Notes under the pieces: generated by a model
The model's database searches: none
Told to the model about the DNA's origin: nothing
What the model saw: the letters and a program-made list of their open reading frames with translations, nothing else
From: the human T2T-CHM13v2.0 reference genome, Homo sapiens
DNA: 64,000 nt
Assembly (NCBI RefSeq): GCF_009914755.1
Contig: NC_060931.1
Strand: one strand, 5' to 3'
Part shown: positions 15,780-32,140 of the stretch, piece after piece
How the letters are laid out: every line of letters begins with the position of its first letter
Position numbering within the stretch: position 1 is the stretch's first letter
Position numbers and translations under genes: made by a program

Positions 15780-15953
15780 AATTGTTGGTGAGGATGATGG
15801 AGGGAAACTTTTTACTCCTGAAGAATATGAAGAATACAAAAGAAAAGTTTTACCTCTGCGCTTACAAAACAGATTATTTGTGAGCTGGCGGTCACCAACA
15901 GGGATGGATTGTAAACTTGTGGGCCCAGAGACACTGTGTTTTTGTACACATAG
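15780..15953 (+). CDS. FAM221A: FAM221A coding exon 2 (IVGEDDGGKLF...LCFCTH)
   Basis: ttgttgtag| acceptor; AG|gtaaga donor; 174 nt open frame, phase 2-2. Confidence 0.93.
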
Positions 15954-16082
15954 GTAAGATACTTTATTGCAAAGTTTTTTGATAATTAGAAAATAAAAAG
16001 CTAAGCATATCTTACTTCTACAAATTGTAATGATTGAGAAACATTTAACAATTGTCCTTTATATAGTAGAGTAGAAATTATC

Positions 16083-16580
16083 AGCTGGGGATGGTGGCTC
16101 ACATCTGTGTTATCCCAGAACTTTGGGAGGCCGAGGCAGGAGGACTGCTTGAGCCCAGGAGTTTAGTCTGCAGTGAGCTATGATTGTGCAACTGCATTCA
16201 AGCCTGGGTGACAGAGAGTGAAACCTTGTCTCTTAAAAAACAAAAATTGGCCGAGCTCAGTGGCTGACGCCTGTAATTCCAGCACTTTGGGAGGCCGAGG
16301 TGGGTGGATCACGAGGTCAGGAGTTTGAGACCAGTCTGGCCAACATAGTGAAACCCTGTCTCTACTAAAAATACAAAAAATTAGCCGGGCGTGGTGGCAC
16401 ACGCCTGTAATCCTAGCTACTTGGGAGGCTGAGGCAGGAGAATCGCTTGAACCTGGGAGGTGAGGTTGCAGTGAGCTGAGATCACGCCACTGCACACCAG
16501 CCTGAGTGGCAGTGTGAGACTCTGTCTCAAAACAAAGCAAAACAAAACAAAACAAAACAAAACAAAACAAAACAAAACCC
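16083..16580 (+). mobile_element. Internally deleted Alu followed by a full Alu with (CAAAA)n tail
   Basis: Two Alu starts at ~16083 and ~16248. Confidence 0.85.
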
Positions 16581-17483
16581 CACAAAAATTATCTAAAGGT
16601 TTTTAAAGCTATAATTAAAAATTTTCCATCATATCTTATTAGTGCTCATCATGGAGTCTGTCACCTTAAGCAGTTCTCTTGCCATTGGTAAAAATGTTTG
16701 GTGGCCCTGTGGCTTTGCCAGGGGTCTTTCAGTTTGACTGGGGAGCAGTCTACCTACATCTCACATCATTGGAGAAAGTAGAGAATGGGTCATCAGATTG
16801 AGGAACTACTTTAAGCGTTGCTTGAATTGACCCACACTGATCATGCTGTCCATCTATAAGTATAAACATTTCTCCTCAAATTTACTAATTGCCTTTTATA
16901 CCTTAAGGATCTGCTGTGTCGATACCTTTCTTTAAACAAACAAGCACACTGCTTTGCATTACAAATGGTCATGTTCCAAGAAAAGTGCCTAAAGGAAAGG
17001 AAATAAGTGAGGCTTCAGTTTTTGGCTTGAGTTGTCTGTATCTGAAGTTTGCGTTTTGCTGTGTGTATGCTCTACTTTAAATTTTGCTACCGTCTCACAG
17101 TTGTAAATAAAGTTCAGAATACCTAAGCTGCTTCACAGAAAAGTCTCTGAACCTGTTCCATGTTTTCAGGCAGCAACTTTAACTTTCGGTTCCAAGAGGA
17201 ACCACCCTATTCTGATAGCAATTTCTGGGGCTCTTTCACAGAGACTCTTTGTATAGTTGCTATTTACAGAGTTGCAGTTTGCCAAAGTTTGTTAGGCAGT
17301 TGCTAGGATGAGTAATGTTGTATATAGATTGATTATAAATTTATTTAGCAACTCCAACTAAAAACACTGAGGAGGAATGGAGGATAAGGGATGTGTTGAT
17401 ATCTTTCAGAATTAAAGAGGGGTTTGGTAAGTTTGTGATAGTTTTATAATTTATTCTTACACAAATTTAGTGCCACTTTCTAA

Positions 17484-20208
<2,725 letters not shown>

Positions 20209-20540
20209 GAACTTTTTCATACTCTTAGGCTGTGCTTCTCTATTAAGGAATCTGTAGAGGTAAGTGTTTTAAGGAAATTATATAATTATTCTTTGTATTG
20301 CTGTGAAACAGCTTCTTAAATAACTAAAAATAGAAATCTAAAAGAGTAAAGATTTCCTCTGACCAAAGCAACATAGGTGATACAAGTACTATATGTAGGA
20401 GAGTTTATTTTCACCTTACTATGAAGAATAATAAAGCAATAATAATTAAAAAATCATATCTGCCTTTAATATAATAGAAATTGTAATTTTTGATAATACC
20501 TGTATTGTGTTTATATTTCTCTCTCTTTCTCCTTTTTTAG

Positions 20541-20731
20541 GTATAAACAACATAAAACTGACTTGGAAGCGATTCCTCAGCAGTGCCCCATTGATCTGCC
20601 CTGCCAAGTGACTGGCTGCCAGTGCAGGGCTTACCTTTATGTCCCCTTGAATGGTAGCCAGCCCATTCGCTGCAGGTGCAAACACTTTGCTGATCAGCAC
20701 AGTGCTGCGCCTGGCTTTACATGCAATACAT
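20541..20731 (+). CDS. FAM221A: FAM221A coding exon 3 (YKQHKTDLEAIPQQCP...GFTCNT)
   Basis: Long pyrimidine tract + ttttag|; donor T|gtgagt; 191 nt. Confidence 0.93.
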
Positions 20732-21447
20732 GTGAGTTATATTATTATAAACACATAAACTCAGAATGTTTATATGTCTTCCTTGAATATTTAACGTGCT
20801 TTTTTACTGGTTGTAGAGTTAATATTCAGTTGTATTAGTTGTAGAGTTAATATTCAGTTATGGCGTTAATATTAAACAACTAAGTAGAATTCATTGGATA
20901 GATACTCTAAGATTTCATTTTTGTGGAAGAACTCAGAGTTAATGGTATGCTTGATAATCATAAACCCTCATCTCATATAGTTCAGATAATTTAAGTAATA
21001 GTAATGGATTTTAAAGAATTGCCAGATGTGATCTGATTCAAATTTTTGAATATGGGAGTTGAATCAACTAAATTCTATTCATAGATTTTAAAAAAGCATT
21101 TTATAAGTCAAAAAACTTTTATGGTTTGCTGATAGATTAACATAGCATGATCATTTTAATGCTTTGTATGCAGTAATACCCTTACCTTAATACCTGTACC
21201 CAAATTCCAACCTCTACCCCCTTTGCCCTTACACTGGATCATCCATTCAACTAGGTAGAGTGCTAGTCCATTAGTTTCCTTCAGGAGATAGTCAATCCAG
21301 TTGTTGTTATAGTAGTTTGAGTTGAAATCTTATGGTGAAGTGTGTAATAAAACATTTTTAATGACAGTGGCAGGAATAAATCTTTCATTGGCTGAATATG
21401 GAAGTAGTTGGAGAAAACTGATTTATTTATATGCCTTGGTTCATATA

Positions 21448-21464
<17 letters not shown>

Positions 21465-21479
<15 letters not shown>

Positions 21480-21769
21480 AATAGAGTTTTGCTCTTGTCA
21501 CCCAGGCTCTTGTCACCAGGAGTGCAGTGGTATGATCTTGGCTCACTGCAGCCTCTGCCTCCAGGGTTCAAGTGATGCTCCTGCCTCAGCCTCCCAAGTA
21601 GCTGAGATTATAGGTGCCCGCCACCACGCCCGGCTAATTTTTGTATTTTTAGTAGAGACGGGGTTTTGCCATGTTGGTCAGGCTGTTCTCAAACCCCTGA
21701 CCTCAAGTGATCTGCCCACCTTGGCCTCCCAAAGTGCTGGGATTCCAGGCGTGAGCCACTGTGCCTAGC
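21465..21769 (-). mobile_element. Alu with (TA)n(T)n tail
   Basis: Reverse Alu consensus. Confidence 0.88.
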
Positions 21770-21859
21770 TGTTCCCATATATGTTTGTCAGAGGTGTGAA
21801 TGGGTAAAGATTTTGTTAATGGTATATTCTGGCCTCCATTACAATGTGGCTTGATTTTT

Positions 21860-22250
21860 TTATACAACGACTTTTCTAAGATGCAATTCACATGTCATAC
21901 AATTAACCTATTTAAAATGTGCAGTTTAATGATTTTTAATATATAATCAGCATGAATGTTGTGTAACCACCAGCACAATACATTTCAGAACATTTTTCTC
22001 ACCCCAAAAAGAAACTCCATATTCACTAGGAGTCCTTCCTTACTTTTCTCTCTCCCCAGCCCTAGGCAACCCATAATCTACTTTCTGTTTCTGGATTTGC
22101 CTATTCTGGACATTTTATATAAATAGAATCATAGAATATGTGGTCTTTTGTGACTGGCTTCTTTCATTTAGCATGATGTTTTCATGATTCATCCATGTAG
22201 CCTATATCAATACTTCTTTCCTTTTTATTGCTGAGCAAGATTACACTACA
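21860..22250 (-). mobile_element. Old L1 (L1MB-like) 3' end fragment
   Basis: ccccagccctaggcaacc...ctactttctgtttctggatttgcctattctggacattt...ggcttctttcatttagcat. Confidence 0.7.
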
Positions 22251-22655
22251 CCCTTTCTGTGTCTACAGGTTGGCCTTCTAATTTGGCTTTTATGGGGAGT
22301 TGATCTGTAGGAAGATTTCTACATTATCTCTTCACCTGGTCCTGGCCACTGGGCTCTCCCCGCCATGCCTGCTTATAATTCAGTTTTTGAGGAGAGGGTC
22401 TGCATTACCTGGCTCTTCAATTTCTTTTAGTCCTTGTTGTGTTTTGCAGTTTTTTTTTTTTCTGTGTTGTATCTGGTTACTACTTCGGCATGTTTTAGAA
22501 GTAAGAACAGTGGCTAGGAAGGAGTTCGGTGGCTGGAGGTAAGAGTTACAGGGGCCAGAGGATCTAGGTTCAGCTGGCTTTTGCCAGGCTAAGTGTCTTT
22601 AGGGTAGACAACATAGTACCTTTAAGAATGTAACTCCCTTTACATCTTGATTCAG

Positions 22656-22862
22656 GTTCCAAGTGTTCAGGATTCCATAGCTGCTTCACTTGTGCTTGTG
22701 GTCAGCCTGCATATGCCCATGACACAGTAGTGGAAACTAAGCAAGAAAGATTGGCTCAGGAAAAACCAGTGGGACAGGACATTCCTTATGCAGCCATGGG
22801 AGGATTAACTGGTTTCAGCTCGCTGGCGGAAGGCTACATGCGGTTAGATGACAGTGGGATTG
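22656..22862 (+). CDS. FAM221A: FAM221A coding exon 4 (SKCSGFHSCFTCACG...DDSGI)
   Basis: ttgattcag| acceptor; G|gtaagt donor; 207 nt, phase 1-1. Confidence 0.93.
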
Positions 22863-23596
22863 GTAAGTGATACTATATGAAATGTGAGCCCATTGTATTG
22901 TTTTTATGTGTGCTAACAATAGTGAAGCCTTATATTTGTTAAGCAATTTATAGTATTTTTCTTTCAGAAAACATTCTCTCGTTTGATTTTTATTTTTTAA
23001 AAGAGGTTTTTAAAATTTTTATTTTATTTTTTATTTTTTCAGACCTATTTAGTATCCATAAAAGAGGTTTTATTGCTACTATACAATGTATTGTCATTAT
23101 AGAATTTAGAAAGCAAGTGGCAGAGATCATTTCCATCCCAATACTTGTACTCAAATTTGAATCTGCATCTCCACTGTTTGTAATAGCTGAATAATATTTA
23201 TTTTATTTGATATGATATAGTTTACCTGTTACTCTACTGTATGTAACTTAAGCTATTATATCCATTTCATTTTGGAAACAATAGGTTTATGTTCATGTGT
23301 GTATATGAACATACGTGTATATACATGTAATCACTTCTGTAGTAAAATATGTATATATGTATGTGCACACACATATATCTTCTTGCATACATATATGTTG
23401 TAAATAATGTAGGGAAAGTTTAATAGGATCTATTCTAAACTATTAAAGGTAGATGGATCCTTCTGAGAGCTGAGCGGGACTGGGGAGCAGAATGTGTTCC
23501 CTGTCTACTTGAAACACAGGTGTGTAAGTTTTTTTTTTCTTTTTTACAACAAGCATGTATTTTTTCATTTAAAAATTACATAAATACAAGTGTATA

Positions 23597-23929
<333 letters not shown>

Positions 23930-25100
23930 TAAAAGATTCAAACAATAGAAATTAAGTGGAAAAAGAAAGAAATTAAGTGCAAAACACCCTTGAATACTTC
24001 TCTTTGTCTAATTCTTTCCCTGAGGGTAATTTGCTATCATCAATTAATTTTTCTCTTTAACATACAATTTTACTATTTACTTTTTAATTTTTAAAAATTA
24101 TTTGTATTTATTGTTTAAGAGATAGGGTCTTGCTATGGTGGTAGGTTAGGTTTGAACTCCTGGGTTCAAGCGATCCTCCAGTCTCAGTCTTCCTAGTAGC
24201 TGGGATTACAGGCATGCATCACCATACCTGGCTTTACTTTTTTTTCAACTTAGAAAAATGTGAAGGCCTATTGTGTCAGGACACACAAGTCTACTTCATT
24301 CTTTTTAACTGCTGTATGGTATTCCACACTGTAGATAAAGCAGTTTATCTAACCATTTCCTTGTTCATGGCATTTAGATTTCCATCTTTGAATTTGTCTG
24401 CCTGTATCCTTGCATGAATTTGACTCTAAGGTAGATACAGAGAAGTAAAACTATTGGAGCGTGTTAACCTGTAAAATTCTAATACATTCTGCCAGAATGT
24501 CCTCCAAAAATGCTCTGCTTGTTTTTACATCCTCTACTGATGCTTTAGCTTGCCTGTTTCCTCACATTTAGGCTAATCATTGATATTATTAAACTTGATT
24601 TTTTTTGCCAGTCTGACATGTAAAATTGTTATTGTTGTTTCAATTTGATTTCCCTGGTTATTAGTGAGATAGGGATCTTTTCATATTTATTGGCCATTTC
24701 ACTTTCTGTGAATTGCCTATTCATATCCCTTGCTCATTTTTTTTTTGTTTTTATCTTTTGTCATTGACTTATAGGAAGTCTTTTTATATATTCTGTATAT
24801 TTTTTTGTTATTTATTTTGCAAACATTTTCTCCCAAGCTATCATTTGTCTCTTAACTTAATTTTTTTTTTCTTTACAGTTTAGAAATTTTGGAGACAGTC
24901 CTTTCCTATTTCAGTTTTATAAATATATTCTCCTGCGTTTTATTTTAATACTTTTTTATGTTTAGCTTTTTCATATATCTGTAATTTATTTTTTGTGAAA
25001 GTGTGAGGTAGATGTTTCTAACTTCAGTTTTTGTCTAAATTGATGGCCAGTTATTCAAGCACCATTCTTGCCCAAATCATTTGAAACTCTACCATATTCT

Positions 25101-25475
25101 TTATTTTTATTTTACTTTAAGTTCTGGGATACATGTGCAGAACATGCAGGTTTGTTACATAGGTATACATGTGCCATGGTGATCTGTTGCACCTATCAAC
25201 CCATCATCTAGGTTTTAAGCCCTGCATGCATTAGCTATTTGTCCTAATGCCCTCCCTCCACTCGCCTCCCACCCTCTGACAGGCCCCTGTGTGTGATGTT
25301 GCCCTCCTTGTGTCCATGTGTTCTCACTGTTCAACTCCCACTTGTGAGTGAGAACATGCAGTGTTTAGTTTTCTGTTCCTGCATTAGTTTGCTGAGAATG
25401 ATGGCTTCCAGCCTCATCCATGTCCCTGCAAAATACATGAACTCATTCTTTTTTATGGCTGCATAGTATTCTGTG
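25101..25475 (-). mobile_element. 5'-truncated L1PA 3'UTR insertion with TSD
   Basis: actttaagttctgggatacatgtgcagaacatgcaggtttgttac L1PA 3' end; ctaccatattct at 25089-25100 and 25480-25491. Confidence 0.88.
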
Positions 25476-26247
25476 GAAACTACCATATTCTGTCATATTC
25501 TCCATTTTGTACCACTGGCCCATTTGTCTATCCTGTGCCAATATTATATATTTATGTAATATATATTTTTTATGATAGCTTCCTGGTGTGTCATGATATT
25601 TGATATGGTAAATTCCTCCTGTTTGTGATTGTTTTCAAGATTGTCTTGATATTTTTGTGCATTTTCTCTTCTAGGTAATTTTATAACTAGCTTGTTAAAT
25701 TTCATAAGTAAATTCTTCTGCAGTTTTATGGGTGCATAATTGTGTTAGGCTCAAGCAACAGCTAAAGAAAACCCAACTACCAGTGTCAAAACATAATGAT
25801 GATGATGATCATGTTTGATGACGGCAGCTTTGTACTACCAGCAGTTGTTTGAACCACATCACTTAATCCTCACAACAACTCTGTGAGTTAGATTATTATT
25901 CCTATTTTACAGATGAGGATACGCAGCACAGAGAAGTAAAATAAGTTGCTCAGTGTTATTCAACTAGGAAGTAGCAGGGTTGGGTTCAACCTGAAGATTT
26001 CTGTGGGCTCTCTAGTCTGCCACATTGTTGGCTATTTGTGTACAGCCACTGTGTTGTTTTCATTACTGCAGCTTTATCATAAATAAATTAGTTAATATTT
26101 ATGACTTCATTTTATTGCTTCAGAATTTTCCTGACCTGTTCTTATGTTTTAATTCTTTCAGAACTTTGGCATCATTTTGTTAAGGTATTATAAACTCTGT
26201 TATTTTAATTGAGATCACATTGAATATGTAGATGAATGTAGAAATAA

Positions 26248-26943
26248 TTTTTTTTTTAAAGATGGGGTTTTGCTTTGTTTTCCAGGCTGGACTGCGGTAG
26301 TATGATTATAGCTCACCGCAGCCTTGAACTCCTGGGCTTAAGCAGTCCTCCCACCCAACCTCCCGAGTAGCTGTGCCTGTGGGCGCATGCCAGTATGCCT
26401 GGCTAATATTTTACATTTTATATTTTTTTTAGAGACAGAGTCTTACTATGTTGCTCAGGTTGGTGTCAAACTCCGAAGGTCAAGTAATCCTCCCACCTCA
26501 GACTCCTGAGTAGCTGGGACTACAGGTGTGAGCCACCATGTAGAATTGATATTTTTCAGTATTGTCTTTTCATTTATTTGTCATCTGTGCAACTAAGTGG
26601 AATTCTGAAGTTGTTTTCCCAGAAGTCTTGCACAATCTTATTAAGTTTATTTCTAGGTATTTAACTTTTTTTGAGATGGAATCTTGCTCTGTCTCCCAGG
26701 CTGGAGTGCCTTGGCTGACTGCAATCTCTGCCTCCTGGGTTCAAGTGATTCTCCTGCCTCAGCCTCCTGAGTAGCTGGGATTACAGGCGCATGCCACCAT
26801 GCCTGGCTAATTTTTGTATTTTTAGTAGAGGCATGGTTTCACCATGTTGGCCAGGCTGGTCTTGAACTCCTGACCTCAGGTGATCTGCCCGCCTCGGCCT
26901 CCCAAAGAGCTGGGATTACAGGTGTAAGCCACTATTCCTGGCC
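26248..26943 (-). mobile_element. Two antisense Alus (~26248-26540, ~26665-26943)
   Basis: Reverse Alu consensus. Confidence 0.85.
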
Positions 26944-27261
26944 AATTTTTTTTCATTGGTATCATACATGAGATATTTTTTCTTCTATTATATCTTCTTA
27001 CTGATTATTATTTGTTTATAAAAAAGCAAAAGTGTTTCATTGCTTTTGTTACCATTCTTATTACTTAGAGTTTTTACTCAATTTTTAGTTTATTTTATAA
27101 AAATAATGTTTTTTCCTCTTCCTTTCCAATATTTGTGACTCTTCTTATTCTTGACTAGTCAAAATGGCTAGTACTTCCAGAACAATGCTAAATAATGGTG
27201 GTAGCTGGCATCTTTGCCCTTTAGTGACGTCTAGTATTTTAACACTAAGTATCTTCAAGGT

Positions 27262-27950
27262 ATAGTCATGTGCCACTAAATGATGGGGATACATTCTGGA
27301 AAATGCATTGTTAGTTGATGTTCGTTATGTGAACATCATAGAGTGTACTTACATAAACCTAGATGGTAGAGCATACTACACACCTAGCTACATGGTATAG
27401 CCTTTTGTTCCTAGGCAACAAACTTGTTCATCATGCTACTGTACTGAATGCTGTAGACAATTGTAACACAATAGTGAGCATTTGTATATCTAAATTTTTC
27501 TAAATATAGAAAAGGTACAGTAAAAATATGGCATAAAAAATAAAATGGGCCGTGTGCAGTGGCTTATGCCTGTAATCCCAGCATTTGGGAGGCTGAGGCA
27601 GGCAGATCGCTTGAGCCCAGGAGTTTGAGACCAGCCTAGGCAACATGGCGAAACCCTGTCTCTACAAAAATACAAAAAATTAGCTGGGCCTGGTATTGTG
27701 TGTGTGCCTGTAATCCCAGCTACTTGGTGAGGGCTGAGGTGAGAGGATCACCTGAGCTTTGGATGCAGAGGTTGCAATGAGCTGTGATGGCACCATTGCC
27801 CTCCAGCCTGGGTGACAGAGTAACACCCTGCCTCAAAGTAAATAAATAAAATGTTACACTTTTATAGGGCAGCTCTGTTACAATCTTATGTGGCCACCAT
27901 TGTATATGCAGTCCATTGTTGACCAAAATGCCTTATGTAACACATGATTT
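27262..27950. mobile_element. Tigger3/MER7-like DNA transposon interrupted by a + Alu (~27548-27850)
   Basis: tagtcatgtgccac...gaacatcatagagtgtacttacataaacctagatgg; similar to 44328-45430. Confidence 0.7.
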
Positions 27951-28417
27951 CATAGGGAAAGAAAGCCTCTTCCTTTTGGTCAATGAAAGAAGGTGGAGTG
28001 AAGAAAGGTGAGAGTAAGGAGAGGAAATATAAGATGTTTTTGTTCTGATTTCAGGTATAGAGGAACCTAGGGACAGAGGGACTCCAGATTTTTAGCCATG
28101 TGGATACCTAGACCGAGGAAACCTCTTGCTGGAATTTGGTTCCTTTTTGATGTGGAAGGAGTCCATAATTCCCAGCTCTCTGGGGGTGTGGGAAGGCAGC
28201 TGACCTGTGAGTCAGTGGGCCAGTCATGCATCTATCATAGCAGGGGGCAGAGCTGGAGGTGGGTTCCCTAAGCTCGGGGACTCAATAGAGGAAGTGACAG
28301 GTATTGAGGGAGTCTGTACTTATAGTCGGAGCAAGCATGAGGCTACCAGGCCCTATCAAGCTGAGAGACCAACTTATTAAATACAAGTTGAGCATTTGAG
28401 ATCAGTAGCACATGCAG

Positions 28418-28432
28418 CCGCCAGAGGGCAGC
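28418..28432 (+). promoter_or_regulatory. CTCF-like motif
   Basis: CCGCCAGAGGGCAGC closely matches the CTCF core consensus. Confidence 0.5.
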
Positions 28433-29039
28433 ACAAGGACGTGCGTGGGCCAGAGCCCCTTCTCCCATGTTCCCACATGCCCCATGGAAGCCACTGGGGC
28501 CAGGAGCGGGGAGAGACTGAGCAATCGTCCCACACTGTTTATGTTATAAGATGGGGCTAACTTCTAACCCAATTAGGACCACCTGTGGTGTAGAGATAGC
28601 AGTGTAGGGGAAAGGTGGTGGTTTGTGAAGAAGATAGAGCAGCTACACATTTTCTCTGCAGCTTCCTTCCTTTTGGTCCAAAAGTCAATATATTTAGCAA
28701 TTAGTCTTTGTAGTTTATGGTTTGGAGTTGTGGATGTTTCCTCATTTTATTGAAGAGGGTGCTTTCTTCTTTATTTTTCATACTTTGTTTTTAGATGGTT
28801 TCCTAGTAAGGAATAGAGTAAAAATACACTTATTCTACCCTTTTCAGCCAGAGGTTCCTTATTGTGAATGTCTTGCTTTTGATAGTGTTTTATAACTATT
28901 ATATATTAGGGTTTTGAACTTCTATGCTAACATAGGTACATAATATTCTTTTTTTCTGTGAAAAAGTTCTCAGAAATGTGCAGAAGAATACTTTTACCCA
29001 TTTGCTTTTACTTTATATGTCAGACAAAAATCTAAATAA

Positions 29040-29330
29040 AAAGAGTCTCACAGTGTTGCCCAGGCCGGATCCAGTGAAGTGATGTGATCATAGCTCACTG
29101 CAGCCTCAAATTCCTGGGCTCAAATGATCTTCCTGCTTTACCCTTCCAAGTAGGTAGGGCTACAGGCACACACCACCATGTCCAACTAATTTATGTATTT
29201 TTTTTTTTTTGGTAGAGATGGGGTCTCCCTATGTTACCAAGACTGGTCTTGAACTCCTGGCCTCAAGTAATCCTCTTGCTTTGGCTTTCCAAAGTGTTGG
29301 CATTACAGGCATGAGCCATTACACCCAGTC
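29040..29330 (-). mobile_element. Alu (AluJ-like)
   Basis: Reverse Alu consensus. Confidence 0.82.
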
Positions 29331-29462
29331 TAAAATTTTTTTTTTATAGAAAGAATTTCTAATAATTCTGCTGAGGTTCCAATTTATTTTACATTAGAAG
29401 TAATAACTTGTTTGTATCCCTGTAAATATTTAATTTTTATTCTCCATGTATTGTTTTCTCAG

Positions 29463-29570
29463 GTGTACCTTCAGTTGAATTTTTAGAATCTCCCATTACG
29501 GCAGTAGACAGCCCATTCCTAAAAGCATTTCAAGCATCATCTAGTTCTTCTCCAGAAACGTTAACAGATG
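29463..29570 (+). CDS. FAM221A: FAM221A coding exon 5 (VPSVEFLESP...PETLTD)
   Basis: ttgttttctcag| acceptor; G|gtaatg donor; 108 nt, phase 1-1. Confidence 0.9.
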
Positions 29571-30385
29571 GTAATGAAATGAAGTTTAGAACTGTTTTTG
29601 GATGTAGTAAATTGGAATATGGAGCTTTGATTTGTTTTCTAGGCATCTCTCTTTTTTTCATTATTACGATAATTTAACTTCAAGTTAAGCTATCATTTTA
29701 CTTTCTTTTATGTAAGCCACACACTGAGAAAAAGCAAGCAACTTCATTTTGTATTGGGAAAAATAGCTAACTCCGAGAATGTCGAGGATTCTGATACTAC
29801 TATAATTTGAAGTTTTAAACCTTGTTCTGGTACATGCTGTTGCTCTGGTGTTTGAATAAGAGGGCCTTCTGGCGGCCTAATTGCCTTTGGGTTTTCCCAA
29901 AGAGGCGTAATCCAGTGATAACCATAGGTTAGCAGGGTTTTATCATTTATAAATTAAGAGCAAGTAGAATTCATTTTTAAGCACCAGTATTCTGTATTTT
30001 CCTTACTGAAAACAGGAAGAATGAATTTGTATGACTTATTAGGTATTTAAAATTTAGTATTTTAGAATATTTTAAAATGAGAATTTTCTTTATCTGTATT
30101 TTCATACACCTAGACGTTCCCCACAAGGAATTTTAAGGCTGCTTGCCTTAAAACATACAACTTAGTACATAATGATAAAATATATATACAAGTAAGAAGC
30201 CAAGAAAAGGACACAGCTGTGGCAGCTTTCAAGGTTGATGTAATTGCTTTGTTTAAACTTCAGTTTTGACTGAGTTTAGTGGCAGCCAAGACACAGAGGA
30301 AAGTGCAGTCAATTAAATGCTTTCTTTATTAGACAGGAGGAAGCCCGAGTTCCTCAGTGCTAATGAATGTTACACCAATGCTGGA

Positions 30386-31112
30386 ATTTTTTTTTTTTTT
30401 TTTTTTTGAGACAAGTTCTCTCTCTGTTGTCCAAGCTGGTGTGCAGTGGTGTGATCATGGCTCACTGTTACCTTGAACTCCAGGGCTCAAGTGATCTTCC
30501 TGCCTCAGCCTTCCACATAGCTAGGAGTACAGGTGTGCCCCCACACCTGGGTAATTAAAAAAACTTTTTTTTTGCAGCAGCAGGGTCTTGCTATGTTGAC
30601 TAGGCTGGTCTCAAACTCCTGGCCTCAAGCTAGCCTCCTGCCTCAGCTTCCCAAAGCACTAGGATTATAGCTATGTGTCACTGCTCCTGGCCTGGCATGC
30701 TGGATTTTAAGTCAGTATAGTGACCCTCAGTGATTAGTGACCAAGGTAAAAGCTTTTTTTCAGCAAATACAGCAGACAGTTGCTTGTTTCTGATAGTCAC
30801 CTTTTCCTTTTTTTTTTTTTTTTTTTTTTTTTGAGACAGAGTCTTGATCTGTTACCCAGGCTGGAGTATAGTGGTGTGATCTTGGCTTACTGCAACCTCC
30901 ACCTACCTGGCTCAAGTGATCTCCCACCTCAGCCACCTGAGTAGCTGGGACTATAGGGATGCACCACCATGTCCAGCTAAATTTTGAATTTTTTGTAGAG
31001 ACAGGGTTTTGCCATGTTGCCCAGGCTGGTCTCGAACTCTTGAGTTCAAGCAATCCACCTGCCTCCACCTCCCAAAGTGCTGGGACTACAGGCGTGAATC
31101 AGTGCACCTGGC
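30386..31112 (-). mobile_element. Two antisense Alus (~30386-30692, ~30801-31112)
   Basis: Reverse Alu consensus; second has TSD ctgatagtcacctt. Confidence 0.88.
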
Positions 31113-32057
31113 CTGATAGTCACCTTTGAAGAGTTGTGATATACCATTTTACTAGATAAATGGTAATATGCCATTATAATGCAACTCAATGTAGATGAGT
31201 CTGGAAGAGGCTGGGCTCAAATGGTCCCACATGATCCAGGGATAGACCCAGAGTTTCCAGAGGAATGGGTGGATAACACTTATTCAAATAAGAATCCCTT
31301 CTTACTCTTCTCAATAAAACTTTTGTCAAAGATAATCGACAGACTGTAGCTATACTCTGTGGTGATTGTCTGGAGTTACATGTTGCTGATTGAGGGTGAA
31401 TTCATATGCTTTAGAAACTAGAAGCGCAAGTGTTCAGGTTGCTAGTCTGCTTTGGAAATGAAGGGACCCAGTGAAGACCTTCACTCGCAATGAAGGTGTA
31501 CTTTTCTATGCAATTAGGCTCTTGGCTACCTGCCAAGAAAACCAGATGTTTTCCTACTGAAGCAATTTCAAAAGTTCCTTTCAGCATATAAATTAGTGCT
31601 TGATCCATTTGACAAAGTGATTACCGTAAAAAATGGATAAAATAGTTCAGTTTTGAAAGATTTTGAAGCAGGTACTATCATTACTTATGGTTGCCTATAC
31701 CAAGCCTCAATAATTACTTTTGTGCATTATCTCAAAGTGTAACATGGATTTCTAGTTATAAAATGTAAAAAGTAGTTGGACAAAACTAAGTGTACTCTTA
31801 TACGGAATAGCTATATGGTGCTATTTAATATGAACTGTGGAATATTTGGAGAATGTTTGCTAGTGAAAAACACTTTTGTCCTGTGATGCCATTCTCTCTA
31901 AAAGAGAATGAGGTAGTAGGACCAATTATTCATTTAGGCCATTTTTGGTTTGAAAAATAAAACATTATCACCGAGCAGGAGAAAACTTTTCTTTCTTTTA
32001 TTTCAGGGGAATATGTAATGATATAAATACATTACTTAGATTTTTTTTCCTTGTTAG

Positions 32058-32140
32058 TAGGTACAAGTAGTCAAGTTTCTTCATTAAGGAGACCTGAAGA
32101 GGATGATATGGCTTTCTTTGAAAGACGATACCAGGAAAGG
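32058..32140 (+). CDS. FAM221A: FAM221A coding exon 6 (GTSSQVSSLRRPEEDDMAFFERRYQER)
   Basis: ttttttttccttgttag|tag tandem acceptor; AGG|gtaggt donor; ends phase 0. Confidence 0.9.
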
